A program made the position numbers and the translations under genes. A DNA stretch of 63,002 nt, filler included, from Circinaria calcarea (lineage: Eukaryota), in assembly GCA_051942165.1 (NCBI GenBank). It is 50 parts of 50 records of this genome, joined end to end, with 100 filler letters (N's around TTAATTAATTAA, not from the genome) between each part and the next. Parts side by side here need not be neighbours in the genome. Positions count along the whole stretch, not along the records: positions 24,156 to 25,321 come from JAVECS010005194.1; positions 25,422 to 26,586 come from JAVECS010005195.1; positions 26,687 to 27,851 come from JAVECS010005196.1; positions 27,952 to 29,115 come from JAVECS010005197.1; positions 29,216 to 30,377 come from JAVECS010005198.1; positions 30,478 to 31,638 come from JAVECS010005199.1; positions 31,739 to 32,899 come from JAVECS010005200.1; positions 33,000 to 34,159 come from JAVECS010005201.1; 42 more parts are not named here. The stretch is one strand, 5' to 3'. The notes beneath the pieces were generated by a model. It was not told where the DNA came from and made no database searches. It saw nothing but the letters and a program-made list of their open reading frames with translations. Of the stretch, positions 24,156 to 36,794 are shown piece by piece; position 1 is the first letter of the stretch; the number at the start of each line of letters is the position of its first letter.

Positions 24156-24377
24156 TCGTAATATATATTAAAAAAAAATAATAATATTAACTCGTAATAA
24201 TTCGAATTATATAATAAATATGTTAAGCTACGGCGTTATTATGTGGTATCGATGAATAAGTGAAAAAGTGAGTTTTATTATAACTGCGTGTATAACTGCT
24301 ATGCTGTGTGTATAACGCAGCAGAAGAATCTATTTATGTGTGGGCACGGGCGGAATAACGTCCGCCCGAGGATCTAA
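24156..24377 (+). mobile_element. AT-rich (RIP-like) transposon relic ending in hairpin plus CTAA
   Basis: AT-rich start; CGGGCGGA-ataacg-TCCGCCCG at 24347-24368, then CTAA. Confidence 0.4.
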
Positions 24378-24947
24378 CCGCAAAGGTTTGACACGTCTGC
24401 ACTTGGTCCAGGTGCCCTCGACTTTTCGGGCGTCACAGGGCAAAATTTCTCGAAGAGACTGACGACGATCTTCAATACGGTCTGGCAAAGTTCATTGGCA
24501 CCCTTCGGTATTTCTCTTGGCGCTACAGCGAATTTCAGTGCCGATGTTGATACCCTCGCATATATTCCTTCGGCATCTACAACAGCCACGATTACCCGAG
24601 AGGTCTCGGTATATAACGCTAGCTATCCATTCATCGGTCTTCTGCTAATAATCACGCTGGTATTGCAAGCTTGCGCCATTGCCGGCCTCATTCTCAAATA
24701 CACAGCGACTGCTCCAGATATCCTCGGCTATATCTCCACCATGACCAGAGATAACCCGCATGTTGTATTGCCGAACGGAGGTCATACGTTAGATGGTCTC
24801 GAGCGTGCTAGATATCTTGCCAAGATGAAAGTTCAATTGGCCGATGTCGCCTGGGATCGAGCCGAAGGCCACCTGGCGTTTGTAAACATGTACACAGATA
24901 CCGATCTTTCGAAGGGTAAGCTGTCGAAGGAAAAATTATATGTTTGA
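24378..24947 (+). CDS. Conserved fungal membrane protein of unknown function, C-terminal fragment
   Basis: FSKRLTTIFNTVWQ..TM helix..APDILGYISTMTRDNPHV..TLDGLERARYL..VQLADV. Confidence 0.7.
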   Translation, partial: PQRFDTSALGPGALDFSGVTGQNFSKRLTTIFNTVWQSSLAPFGISLGATANFSADVDTLAYIPSASTTATITREVSVYNASYPFIGLLLIITLVLQACAIAGLILKYTATAPDILGYISTMTRDNPHVVLPNGGHTLDGLERARYLAKMKVQLADVAWDRAEGHLAFVNMYTDTDLSKGKLSKEKLYV

Positions 24948-25422
24948 TTAGGTGTTGAATCCCTTGAAACGAGAAAGAGGTAAAGGAATTAAGCCGGACT
25001 CTGCCACCCCTGACAATTCTTTGCGTTCCTTGTCCTATTTTGGCAAGCCTCGTCATATTGAGCTAAACCAGTCAGAACATTCCGGGGTCCAGGCTTTTCG
25101 AGAGGACTTTTTATCAAGTTTTAGTGAATTCGGGAGCTGGAGTACTTTCTTACCTGTTAGCCTCTTACAAATTCAACTATCAATGTACGAGTTTTCATAG
25201 CAGCGGTGTTTGTCTTCCGGGGGGGAGGGGGCGTAACGTATAACCTAAAATGTGAGCACGAGCATTTTCTGATTCCCTGTATCTGTAGAGATGATGTTCA
25301 GGCAAGGGATCAAAGGGAGTTNNNNNNNNNNNNNNNNNNNNNNNNNNNNNNNNNNNNNNNNNNNNTTAATTAATTAANNNNNNNNNNNNNNNNNNNNNNN
25401 NNNNNNNNNNNNNNNNNNNNNA

Positions 25423-25647
25423 AGATTTCAGATCAACACCATGTCCGGATTGGGATACCGGTACAAGTCAATATGGGACGCCATTACCATTATTATCTCG
25501 CAAGAAGGCTTTCGCGGGCTGTACAAGGGAATTGTGCCTAATCTTCTCAAGGTCGCGCCCAGTATGGCTAGTAGCTGGCTGAGCTTTGAGATGACACGGG
25601 ACTTTTTTTTGAGCCTAGATGAAAAAGACGCCATGCGCGTTACATGA
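25423..25647 (+). CDS. Mitochondrial carrier (SLC25A42/YPR011C-like), last exon
   Basis: RFQINTMSGLGYRYKSIWDA..EGFRGLYKGIVPNLLKVAPSMASSWLSFE. Confidence 0.88.
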   Translation, partial: RFQINTMSGLGYRYKSIWDAITIIISQEGFRGLYKGIVPNLLKVAPSMASSWLSFEMTRDFFLSLDEKDAMRVT

Positions 25648-26290
25648 GCAATTTAAATAATACCATGTGCATTGTGGTTGGTTACGTTCGCAAGCGTCTT
25701 CACGGAGCATTGAGAAAAGTCATTTCACCGCAGCTGGTGTTTTTATGGAGCTTGGTCCTTAGGAATTCTATCGGGCTCAGGGCCGGTTTTAGCGCAGGAT
25801 AGAAATCTTGTACAGAAAGCGCTAAAACATAGATCTAGCTAGATATCTTGCATCTGGCGTACACATCCGCCATGACATATCAATTTTACGTTCCACCAGT
25901 CTCGAAACAGATGTGAGTAAGATGATGAGTTTCGAGCCCACAAATACTCCTCCGATGTTTGGAATTCTAGAGGGAGCTGCACCAGTATGTAAAGGTTAGC
26001 CTGTGAAAGGAAAAAGTGTCCGTAAGATTGAATAGCTCGTCCAAGGTAGTAGTGAAACCCCTCAGTAGGTTTCAGCAATTACTTGAATAGTATCAGCGTT
26101 CTTTTCAGACTTGCGTATCTCAATGGGGTGGGTTTACGTTTGTTAGATTGACCATTGGGAAGCCCTACGCCTTTTACAAAATAAGCGAGGCCGATTCCCA
26201 CAAACTGAATTTAGCGCGAAAAATCAATGTGATATTCCATACCTAATCAACGTCGACAACCATCTACGAGGACGAACATCAACCGCAAGG

Positions 26291-26586
26291 ATGGGTAAGT
26301 ATAGCTTTTCGAGAATTTGGTTGCCCAAACCCCAACATCTTGCTGCTCAGCATACCTTCTTCTGGAAGGAATGTCATCCTACTGCAGAGTATGCAGCATC
26401 GCTATCTGGTCCTACCAAGAGCATAGCATCACATTCCCCGCACATCAGCATTGAGCTTGCTACATATTATTTAGACAACTGAGACGGTACTCTATAGCTA
26501 ATCGTGACGAACAGGTATTGATTTGGACCGCCATCACGTCCGCAGCAGCCATCGCAAGGCGCCCAAGAGTGACAATGTCTACCTTA
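26291..26586 (+). CDS. RPL18: 60S ribosomal protein L18 (eL18), 5' fragment; 4-nt first coding exon, intron 26295-26514
   Basis: ATGG|gtaagt..gctaat..acag|GTATT gives MGIDLDRHHVRSSHRKAPKSDNVYL. Not in the ORF track. Confidence 0.92.
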
Positions 26587-26686
26587 NNNNNNNNNNNNNN
26601 NNNNNNNNNNNNNNNNNNNNNNNNNNNNNNTTAATTAATTAANNNNNNNNNNNNNNNNNNNNNNNNNNNNNNNNNNNNNNNNNNNN

Positions 26687-26786
26687 TGCTTATAGACCGT
26701 GTTTAATAAACTTTATACTATTAAGCCTAGGGCAACAGTTCAACTACACCCTATATAACTGTGCTATCACTAATCGGGACTTAACA
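26687..26786 (+). mobile_element. 3' part of an LTR (TGTTATGGCG family)
   Basis: TGCTTATAGACCGTGTTTAAT resembles the reverse complement of 54356-54380; ends TTAACA. Confidence 0.5.
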
Positions 26787-26889
26787 TATTCCTCATTAGG
26801 CCCCAAGGATTGCAGCGCCCTTACATAATAGAGACGTGCCACAATGCCCAATTCATCGAACTTCTTCGTGTATTTGAGACCCGAAAAGT

Positions 26890-27298
26890 TCAACAAAGAA
26901 TAATTATAAAAAATAATCGCTGGTTAATCGAGGTTTTCGAAAGTTTATATAAATAATCGTTTAGAGGTAATAATTATAGAAAATAATTACGGATTAATTA
27001 AAATTTCTAGAATTTACGCACGAGGTCGTTCTTTAATAAAATACTTAATAATTTATAATATTTTACTTTTAGTATTAATAGTGTTTATTTAATAAGCTTA
27101 AATTATATCTATAGGCAGGACGGGTTAATATTTAAAAACCGGAAGGGGGGATTGTTGTGGAGCTTAATCAGCACCTGCATTATTTAGTTTTTCCCCCACC
27201 ACTTAGATTTAGCACCATCCTCAACCAATCAAGTCATCCTCCATAATACAGGCACTCTCTCTATAGGCTCATAACTTGAATGTAATAATACTGTCACA
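26890..27298 (+). mobile_element. RIP-degraded LTR retrotransposon 3' end: polypurine tract plus short LTR (27153-27298)
   Basis: AT-rich body, GGAAGGGGGGAT, then TGTTGTG...GTCACA. Confidence 0.5.
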
Positions 27299-27574
27299 AT
27301 GTCTACATCTAGGTACTTGATCTGTTCAAACCCACCTACAGCGGTCTCTGCCGATAGAGAACAACGGCAAAACGCATCAATCAAGAGATGGAAACGTTCC
27401 TTTCAGCATTAAATGACCGACAACTCCCATGATACGGCATGGCCTTGACGCGCAGGCAGATAAGGAAGAAACAGGATCAACCTACATAACTTCTGATTTA
27501 ATTTCCTCCTTCCGTCTGATAAGTCCAGCCTCGAATGCAGTGGATCTTGCTGCTTACTGAGCATAGCTGCCACG

Positions 27575-27851
27575 ATGTCAAGAGCTCAAAGATCCTCAGG
27601 CTTGCTGGAGGATCTTGAAGACTTCCCTTTCGACCAATATGTGCGGATAGCTCCCCTTCAGGACCCAATGCCAGTCACCAATGCAGCTAGGCCGCCCCCG
27701 CTTGAACCAACTGCTCGTGTCAACCTGAACTCACCGATCCCAAATGCGAACTTGAAGACGCGGCTCAAGGCGCTGGCAGAAGCACTACCAATTGGGGAAC
27801 CCGAGGTAGATAATACATACAATACGCACAATCTTGACGACGATCAGCATA
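27575..27851 (+). CDS. Hypothetical protein, 5' fragment
   Basis: ATG-initiated ORF open to the contig end; no recognised motif. Confidence 0.4.
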
Positions 27852-27969
27852 NNNNNNNNNNNNNNNNNNNNNNNNNNNNNNNNNNNNNNNNNNNNTTAAT
27901 TAATTAANNNNNNNNNNNNNNNNNNNNNNNNNNNNNNNNNNNNNNNNNNNNGTCTAACGCTAACATCAG

Positions 27970-29057
27970 GATGGCGAGAGCTTTGTCGACAGCAGCAAGC
28001 CGAAATTGCCAGACTCGATTCTCAGTTAGAGCAGATCAAAGCATCCTCGAACATTTCGTTTCCCACTGCAGATGCGGGACAGGTTGGGAGATCTGCAGAA
28101 CTACAAGAGCATTCCAAACTTGACACAGCTTCTAACATCAAACAGTCGAGGGAGGCGCGAGAGAGGTTATCACGATCCGCCCAAATGAATCCATCTTTGT
28201 CGGAGTCTGTCACCCTGCCGCATGACCCGGATCCCACAGGTCAAGCCGAAATCCCCGATGTTAGGGCAGCCTTGCTCTCGGCTTCTGGACTTGCACTGTC
28301 TGAGAAAAAGCGAAGGCAGACGTTAGCAACATGCCGTCCGGCTTCATTCGCGCAGCACTCTGCTGCACCTGTATCTGTTGAATCATACCTCCAAGAAGCA
28401 CACTGGCCAATGTACCCAAGACGGAAGAGCGATGGCTCACAGGACGCGTTTTCCGTAGCTCCAGTACATGACCAGGCCCCTTTACGTCTCTCGACGACTG
28501 CTGCCAAAAAGTCTTCAACTCGAGTAGAGGAAGCTGCTGTGAAATCTGATGAAGCTTCCGTGAGAATATCCCCAAAGGTGCGCAACTTGACACGTCATAC
28601 TGCTTCTATTGAAAAAGTCGTATCAAACCTACGCGCTATGCCAGACATCCTTACGCGTACGCAGGGAGGGCAAGGATCCTATGATGACTGTCCCGGGCCT
28701 GGGTTATCACAGCGCACTGCGGTTCCTTCTGTTGTCTTCGACCTGCCGCAAAATGGTCCTGGTGAACTGGATGACGATGAATCACACCTGGGTGGTCCGT
28801 CCTCAAGCTCCAAGCTTACAAATGGAAACCAATCTCAGCATCCACCCTCGTCAGATTACGAACTTGTTAACCAAACGTCCATGACTCGCAAGGAACGTAA
28901 AGGACGCATAACATGGCTTAGAAGAAAGCTCGGTAATGCGGATCGTCGCAGCTATCATCTCGCAAGGGAGATAAATATTTATTCGCGTGAACGAGGATCA
29001 GATTGGCAAGCAGCGAGATATTCACCCTACCCCTGGATAGCATGCAAGCGCGCCTGA
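27970..29057 (+). CDS. Ser-rich hypothetical protein, probable last exon
   Basis: ORF of at least 290 aa downstream of a CTAAC..CAG acceptor; no recognised domain. Confidence 0.5.
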
Positions 29058-30865
29058 GAGACGTCTAGGGCGCTAGCTATTCGAATGTTGCCAGGAAAGG
29101 GATTTTCCGGGTATANNNNNNNNNNNNNNNNNNNNNNNNNNNNNNNNNNNNNNNNNNNNTTAATTAATTAANNNNNNNNNNNNNNNNNNNNNNNNNNNNN
29201 NNNNNNNNNNNNNNNGGTCAGGGAGACTGCCTGAAGTTTGAGAGGGGCAATGGGGGGCATATCTCCAGCCATGACAGCCCCCGGAATCCTCTAACGAACA
29301 TCCACTATCCCAACTCGGCGCCGTCGATCGGTGTCATCGTCCCGCCGAAAGTCTGCCCCGATGATCAGTCAGCCTTTTCCCACGATACCTGCCCACGATA
29401 CCTGCCATTTTCTCCCACTCCGCTTCCTCCGTCAACCTCCAAAAGCACCCGAACCACCGTAGCTCCTTGACTTTCCTCCTCTCGACATCCACCAACCCAC
29501 GACCCACGACCCACGACTCACCAACCACGAACCATCCAATTCATCCACTCTCGCCCCCGCCTCCTCTCTGCGCCTGTCCATATTCCCTTGCCTTTGGACG
29601 TGGGTGCACACGCATTCTTCATTATCATGCTCTTGATTCTATCCTACCCATCCTTGTCTCTGCCCGTCTATCTCTCCGTACCTTAGCTATATGAGCCTCG
29701 AAATGCGTTGCCGCCTGGAGGCTAAGACACCGTCAACCTTCCCACGCGCATAGTAACCGCTGCCTAGAGAGCGCTTCTTTTCTCCCAAGCACAAGTACTG
29801 CCATACCAGCACGCTGCATGTCACTTTTTCCGTTGCACCGGGCTTTGCTGTAATTCTGCTTGCCCCGCCAATAAGTAAATCCGTTGCAACCAAGTCTTTG
29901 TCCTCGTCCTCGTCCACGCACACCCTGAACGACTTGCCCCGGCCTCCTCGGTTCTTGGAACGGCAGGCGTCAACCTTTGAGCCTGACCTTCCCTTCCCTT
30001 CCCTCCGCTCAACATGTACGTCGCTCAGCCGGAAAGATCTCATCACGTCCCTCCTCCGCTTTCCATGGATCGCCTCCCTCCGCAGCGGGCCACGCCATAC
30101 TCGACACCTTCGTCCTCGACGGGAACAATGCTGCCCAGCCTGCCAAGGTCTCCACAGGCACCGGCATCAATAAGTACAATGGAGAACGGAAGGGTGTACA
30201 GGCATGTGCTTCGGACTGCGTTCATCCGGTGGGGATAACTAATTGTGGACTGCGATAGTCTGGATGTGGTCCAGCAACCGATCCGAGCCCGCATGTGTGG
30301 ATTTGGAGATAAGGTATGTCTGGGTCGAGCCTCGGGGCGGAGATCAGACGGCTGAGACACATCGGCAACGCACAGGANNNNNNNNNNNNNNNNNNNNNNN
30401 NNNNNNNNNNNNNNNNNNNNNTTAATTAATTAANNNNNNNNNNNNNNNNNNNNNNNNNNNNNNNNNNNNNNNNNNNNGTTGTTCCAAGAGCGGAGAATAG
30501 CACGTTTGGTGGTGGTGACAAGCTAGTCAAGTACTCTGGCCATGTTGCAGTGTCAGAGCTTATCCGTGACTGGAGATTGGAAGAGGTCGCCGGTAAAGCC
30601 CGACGAGCGAGAGCATAAATGGTCGGCTGCGAAGGTAGTGAAAGGAGACTACTGAGGATTTGGGATCCCTAAAAATTGTTGGGTCAGTCCTTGAAATATT
30701 AAATTCAAGAATAAATACTAACCACCAGTCCTGTGCAGCCGACTAACGCGCAAGAGACCTTACTATCTGCCATTGCGAGTCTTTACAGAGTACGGTAAAT
30801 CGGATTGGGTGGTCTCGTACCGAAGATGTGGCTGTTTGTCTTATCAGATTGAGCTCACAGCTAGA

Positions 30866-30896
30866 TCTAATCTAATCTAATCTAATCTAATCTAAT
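30866..30896 (+). repeat. (TCTAA)6 microsatellite upstream of MET10
   Basis: Direct reading. Confidence 0.9.
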
Positions 30897-31152
30897 CGAG
30901 CTGCCTCAGCCCCACTTGATTGAATTATGACTACCTTATCTTCGATCACGCAATAATGCCGGCTCCTCGGGATTTTGGTTAGAGTACCACATAGAGTGGC
31001 GGTAAGGGGGGGTGGTTAAGATATGAATTCTTTTTAATTATCTTTCCCTTGAAGTCTGTTTCCCATCCGGAGTAGTAATAGATCTTTCGTTGGACTTTTC
31101 CCAAGTTCTGCATTTTCTTCACTTGTTACGGCGCTTCTTGAGGTTCAGCGCC

Positions 31153-31638
31153 ATGTATGTACAAGACAATGCTTCCAGTGGCTCCGCGCCCCAAGAAGTG
31201 CCCCTTCAAGGTACCGAGAAGTCTTCCAACGTATTCACGCACGAGTCGTCAAGTTTGCCATTTGGCCGGAGCGTCTCGATGAACCAGATTGCCGGTCCTA
31301 CCTACCTAACGGCCCAGACTTTAATTCAACAGGTGGCCTATACTCTCTCCGACCGAATGTGGACCTATTCCCCAGACACCTTTGATCTCGATGTCGCTGT
31401 AAAGCAATGGTTTCGAGAGAAGATACCAAACGCATACGCATATCCTACGAACGTCGAGGCAATGCAAATACGCTCGGGGGCTGCATCCATTGCCCTTGGC
31501 TACATATTTTCTCCGGATTTCGATCTTGAAAGGCGCTACATTCCCCAATCGATACTTGCAACCTCCTCAAGTCTACAATACCTACGTTCTTCCCTCGATC
31601 AGCTATCCTTACTCTATTCGGTAGCTAGTCCGTTCGTC
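31153..31638 (+). CDS. MET10: Sulfite reductase flavoprotein alpha subunit, 5' fragment
   Basis: GPTYLTAQTLIQQVAYTLSD..YSPDTFDLD..RSGAASIALGYIFSPDFDL..LDQLSLLYSVASPFV. Confidence 0.88.
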
Positions 31639-32999
31639 NNNNNNNNNNNNNNNNNNNNNNNNNNNNNNNNNNNNNNNNNNNNTTAATTAATTAANNNNNN
31701 NNNNNNNNNNNNNNNNNNNNNNNNNNNNNNNNNNNNNNGGAATTATGCCCTCTACATTGCTTTCGACGACCAGGAACGGAGAGTGGGTTTGAATGAGAGT
31801 CCACTAGCACTCCATAGCCGGTTGAGTAGGGAGGGAAAGGAAGCTAGGTTTATGCTCCGAAAGCTCTCTTCTATGGGCACGGAATCTCCTAGTCTACCAG
31901 GGGGGTTTATATGAGTCTATTTGGGATGTCACACCGCCCTTGAACTAAATTCCTTTGACCAGAAATGTCACCGTGATATACCAGCAGTCCAAGCTCGGCG
32001 AAAGGCTTGCCGGTATCACAGCAACTCCATTTGCAATAGGGTCGGATATTGTGAAGCCCACTTGCTCTAACCAGGGAATGGTCCATGACGGTTAAGTCCT
32101 TTCGGGCTACTAAAGCTCGGACAAACACATAAGAAGATTGATGGTGTTCTAGGCCCGGCAGCTGTGCACCTGCTTCGTTCGTGGGCATAGCGTGGAGACC
32201 GCGTGTTGTCTCCGTGTGGATTTATCTTCACAACATGGCCAAAATTGATTCGGACCCTATCTAAGGAAAACATTCGTCTTCGTATGATTTGAAAGTTATT
32301 ATTAATTCTCCTTGGACGTCTTAACCGTCTCCGTGTCTAGGAAACTCGTTAGTCCGGACATCAATGGGGCTAGAAATGGTTATATGAGTGTCACTGCGAA
32401 TGGAGCCTGCTTCCTGGGGTGAGTCCGGATGGGTTTCCTAAGCTTAACTTTGGATGGGTCCCCATGAATTCTGTAGCGGAACTCGTCATTTCGAGTATTT
32501 GGAACCTTTCCAAGTGAAGGCAAACTCAACTGATTTGCGGAGTGCCACGCTATATGCTGCTTATTACCCAGTAAGCAATCATCCGAATCCAAGATTAGTA
32601 TAGTACCTACCAGGACTTCTTTACTTCGCAGAGTATCATAGTTCAACGCAGCAATCTATAAAGGAGTTCCGGATAAGGGTTAATCCGAGGTAATTGACGT
32701 TGTAGTTCTGGTATGATTTGAGTTGGCTCAGCTCTTTGTAACTGCAACCATGAATTGACGGCCATGCTCCCAAAGCAATTGAAATGCCTCCCTCACCCCA
32801 AAATTCTCCTCTTCATTCCCCAATCCCTAAGCAACTCAACCTGCGGAACCCCCATCTCATACCTCCTCCCCAGCCATGACCTGGGGAGGAGGTATGAGAN
32901 NNNNNNNNNNNNNNNNNNNNNNNNNNNNNNNNNNNNNNNNNNNTTAATTAATTAANNNNNNNNNNNNNNNNNNNNNNNNNNNNNNNNNNNNNNNNNNNN

Positions 33000-33811
33000 A
33001 TGAAGCCCTTTTTGGCCTTCTCGGCCACTGCTGTATCCGCATTATGACTGAGCTCCTGAAGCCGCCGTCTCCAGAACAACCATCGCTTGATGCTGAAGCC
33101 TTGCTGGTCGATGTCTGCCCTTTGTGCCGGTGCTCCGAGTGCTAATAAGTGAGCCTTGGATTGCTCCTCGGAGGACTGATTCATGGCCGAGAAGGTGAGA
33201 AGATGGTCGCCGCATTGTTCGATCCAGACCACTGTCGCGGGGAGGAGACTGATGACTTTTGGTTCGTCATCTGTCTCGAGGGCTTCACGTAGGTACCAGA
33301 GTGCTGTCAGGCCGATTGAATCTCGGCAGATACCAACCGCCAGGGCCTTGGCGGAAAAGGCGGCAAGGTTGCATTGATGCGAGGCGGTGCCAGTCGTCAG
33401 TAGCTGCTCCCACGACGCCTGCAAGCTGTCGGCAAAACGGTAGGACTCCCATGACGCTGCGGCAGTCTCGGTGGGGTGGAGGCTTCGGTAAAGTAAGTCG
33501 AACTCCTTCGTCCACAATAGCAGCGAGACAATCTTCTCCTGAACGCCGTCGTAAACCTTGGCGGTCTCGAGGAACATGTGCCACAGGAGGTTGAGTCCTT
33601 GCTGGGCGGACTCAGCTGGTAGTTTGCGCACGGCATCTTTGATAAAGTGAAAGCCGAAGCTTCGGATGGAAGTTAACTGGTCCAGCATGTCGGCTTCGCT
33701 GGAGGCGTCTTTGCTGGAGACATTGCTAATATCAACGTCAAACGCATCTTGGGCTTCTTGCCTGAAGCGGGCGTCATGATCAACTTGCGAGGGCGTCTCT
33801 GATACTGACAT
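33000..33811 (-). CDS. DUF3632-family fungal protein, 5' part
   Basis: CNLAAFSAK, ALWYLREALE, VVWIEQCG, RWLFWRRRLQEL. Confidence 0.78.
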
Positions 33812-34259
33812 TGTTGAATAAGCGAGGGCATTAAGGATACAAGGTCATTATGAATTTGTTTGTCAAAGTTGCTCGAGGGCGGTCATCTACAGTCATTACC
33901 GATTTTGTTTTCCAAAAAGTTGCTCGAAGCGGTACATCTACAATTATCGGTCAGTCTCTGTACACATCCATCTGGGGGGGAGGGGAAAGGCAGCCAGTGA
34001 CACTAAAAAAATAGTGGAAAGTTTGTAATTTATTCCGGCATGCGACCATTAGTAGACAGGCAGAAAATAACAAGGGGCCAGTCTCAAAACCGATGTCGAT
34101 AGAGCCACTTCAGGCTCCTCCCCCACTGCTACGCCCCTGCAGCTGCTGCCCCCTTCAACNNNNNNNNNNNNNNNNNNNNNNNNNNNNNNNNNNNNNNNNN
34201 NNNTTAATTAATTAANNNNNNNNNNNNNNNNNNNNNNNNNNNNNNNNNNNNNNNNNNNN

Positions 34260-34591
34260 ATTAATTCAGTTAGATATGCTTCACCGGTCAAAATAGAAGT
34301 ATTACGAGGATTTACAATATAATTATTTGATATATAGTAAGCTAGAATAATAATTACTGCCTGTACAGCATAGAATTCATGAATATTATTTATTTTATCA
34401 TGTATTTTATCGTGTTTTTTAGCGCAAAATCGATTTTCACAATCGCAAGAAGTAGGTCCGGGACCTATTTGTGTCAAGCCACTAAATTTATATGTGTTTG
34501 CAAAATCAAAATCGCTGTTTACCAAACGCTCACTTGGCGATTTTCAGGGTCCAAAATCGATTCCAACAATCGGGGGTTGCCAAACACGCCC
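34260..34591 (-). mobile_element. PIF/Harbinger transposon left end with degenerate transposase N-terminus
   Basis: Minus strand TTA|GGGCGTGTTTGGCAACCCCC (TIR plus TAA/TTA target at 34592-34594), AATCGATT subterminal repeats, peptide PRNTSILTGEAYLTEL. Confidence 0.72.
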
Positions 34592-34789
34592 TAAAGCGCC
34601 CTCTCATAATACAGTTGATAATCGCCCCGATGCCGCTGCCCAAAGATGGAGTAAATGCACGGATAGATGAAGGACCATCCATCCTCATGCGTAGGCGATG
34701 TTGGTTCAAGCATAAATTATCAATCCCGCTCAAGTTGTAGACAGTGCAATTGATTCTAGGTTGTGAAGGGTCCTAAGAAGGCGCTGTAA

Positions 34790-35085
34790 GTGTGAAGGAA
34801 ATAGGGTGCTCCGCTACATGTCTCCTAATGATGGGCAACGTACTCCCAGCCAATCCATACCCTACTCCGGAAAGAGCCCCAGTCTAGTTTTATATATTTC
34901 CAATATCATTAACAACGGAGCTATGTTATGCTAATGGGAGCACTTCTGACCAATACGGAAGCGTAGATTTTGGGCCAGCATGGTATGTCTATCACTTAGA
35001 TCTTCCCATATCAGGCTTAAGGTGTCGGTGCCTGCCTTCCGTACATAACACACCTCTTACAGAATTTCGCTAAACCTCCCAAGTG
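34790..35085 (+). repeat. Palindromic ~300-bp dispersed element, copy C (left half of palindrome decayed)
   Basis: CTCCCAGCCAATCCATAC; ACAACGGAGCTATGTTATGCTAATGG..GACCAAT..GTAGATT..CCGTACATAACA..GCTAAACCTCCCAAGTG. Confidence 0.7.
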
Positions 35086-35518
35086 GCGCAGCGTATGGTT
35101 CAGGGTAGCAAAATCGGTACGTAAAACGGCAGGTGGAGTCGAGCATTCAGTAGGGTCGACTCCATTGTCTCCTGACCGCGCGCAATATATGAGTGGCTGT
35201 GTCGTGTCCAGATGCACAGAGCTCCATGAAATGCTTCGAAATCCATGTCTCGGTTAGTCCGAGTACCTAGGTTACTACATTGCAAAAAGTGTCAATGCTA
35301 TGGTAATATGGATGGTGCCAGGACTATTGTATAGATTAACTAAATTTGACTGCAATCAAATCTTCCGAAAAATCAAACCCATCCATTGTGTAACATGTAA
35401 CCGAATCACGGAACCACCNNNNNNNNNNNNNNNNNNNNNNNNNNNNNNNNNNNNNNNNNNNNTTAATTAATTAANNNNNNNNNNNNNNNNNNNNNNNNNN
35501 NNNNNNNNNNNNNNNNNN

Positions 35519-36458
35519 AGCAAGAAGAGTAAAGAGAAAAACCAAAATCAAAGAGAAAAGAGAGCGGAAACGGGCCGCTCTTGAGGAAATAGCAATTCCC
35601 CGCTCGTTGCCAGCAGATGGCCACCTTGAAGGAGGGGTTCCCGCACAGCAGAGGGAAAAACGCTCCCATCGCCGATCTGTTCAATTACCCATTACCTTTG
35701 TGCTCGACTGCGGGTTTGATGACTTGATGCTGGAAAAGGAGCGGATTTCATTGGCAGCCCAGCTTACGCGGTGCTACTCCGACAACCATCATGCGCCGTT
35801 CAAGGCGCACATAGCCTTCTGCTCCTTCGGCGGGCCTTTGAAAGAGAGGTTCAACACCGTCCTTTCCGGGCACTATCAGAACTGGAAGGGGGTACGGTTC
35901 CTCGCAGAAGATTTTGTGGAAGCCGCCGGGCAGGCCGAGGAATGGATGGCCGGAGACCAAGGAGGCACCCTCTCTGGGGCTTTTCCTTCGACCGAGGACT
36001 CCTCTACCAGTGACGTAGCCCACCAAATAGTATCCGGCGGTGAAACCATCTACCTAACCAGCGACAGCCCCGACACCCTCACGGCCCTGAAACCCTACAG
36101 CACCTACATCATCGGCGGCCTCGTGGACCGAAACCGGCACAAGGGAATCTGCTACAAGCGCGCTCTAGACCGCGGCGTCAAAACCGCCAAGTTGCCCATC
36201 GGCGAGTACATGGACATGACCAGCCGGTTCGTGCTGGCGACAAATCACGTGGTGGAGATTATGCTCCGGTGGCTGGAATTCGGGGATTGGGGAGAGGCGT
36301 TTTTGAAGGTGGTACCGAAGAGGAAAGGGGGTGTATTGAAGGGGAAAAAGGGTGGAGGGGAGGATGGTGGTGAAGGTGGCGGTAAAGATGGGGATGCGAA
36401 GACGGATGTTGATGGTGATGATAGTGTCAAAGATCACGAAACACTTACAGAAGCATGA
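35519..36458 (+). CDS. TRM10: tRNA (guanine-9-N1)-methyltransferase, 5'-truncated
   Basis: [55 protein letters not shown]. Confidence 0.96.
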
Positions 36459-36794
36459 AGCCTCACAATGCATTAATCTCGCACTACCTGTGCCAAAGCA
36501 AAGAGGCAGGATGCATAAGTGTGCTCCCCCTCCTCCAAATACCCCCGCGGCAGCAACAGCGACAGTACATAAGAAAATGCCCAGGCCCCTTTCTGGTCAC
36601 CTCTCCTATTACCCTAAGCTCATCAGTTATCTTACCCCAAAAAAGCATACCACACTCGGCACAGCAGCGCCTCATTGNNNNNNNNNNNNNNNNNNNNNNN
36701 NNNNNNNNNNNNNNNNNNNNNTTAATTAATTAANNNNNNNNNNNNNNNNNNNNNNNNNNNNNNNNNNNNNNNNNNNNTCTCCCATCATCTTACA

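Noticed and set aside
29690..30377. GC-rich contig with LRR/F-box-like fragments
   Set aside because: No consistent frame or recognisable motif.
31907..32646. Possible kinase pseudogene (YHGDISG..NL)
   Set aside because: One weak motif, many stops, no other kinase motifs.
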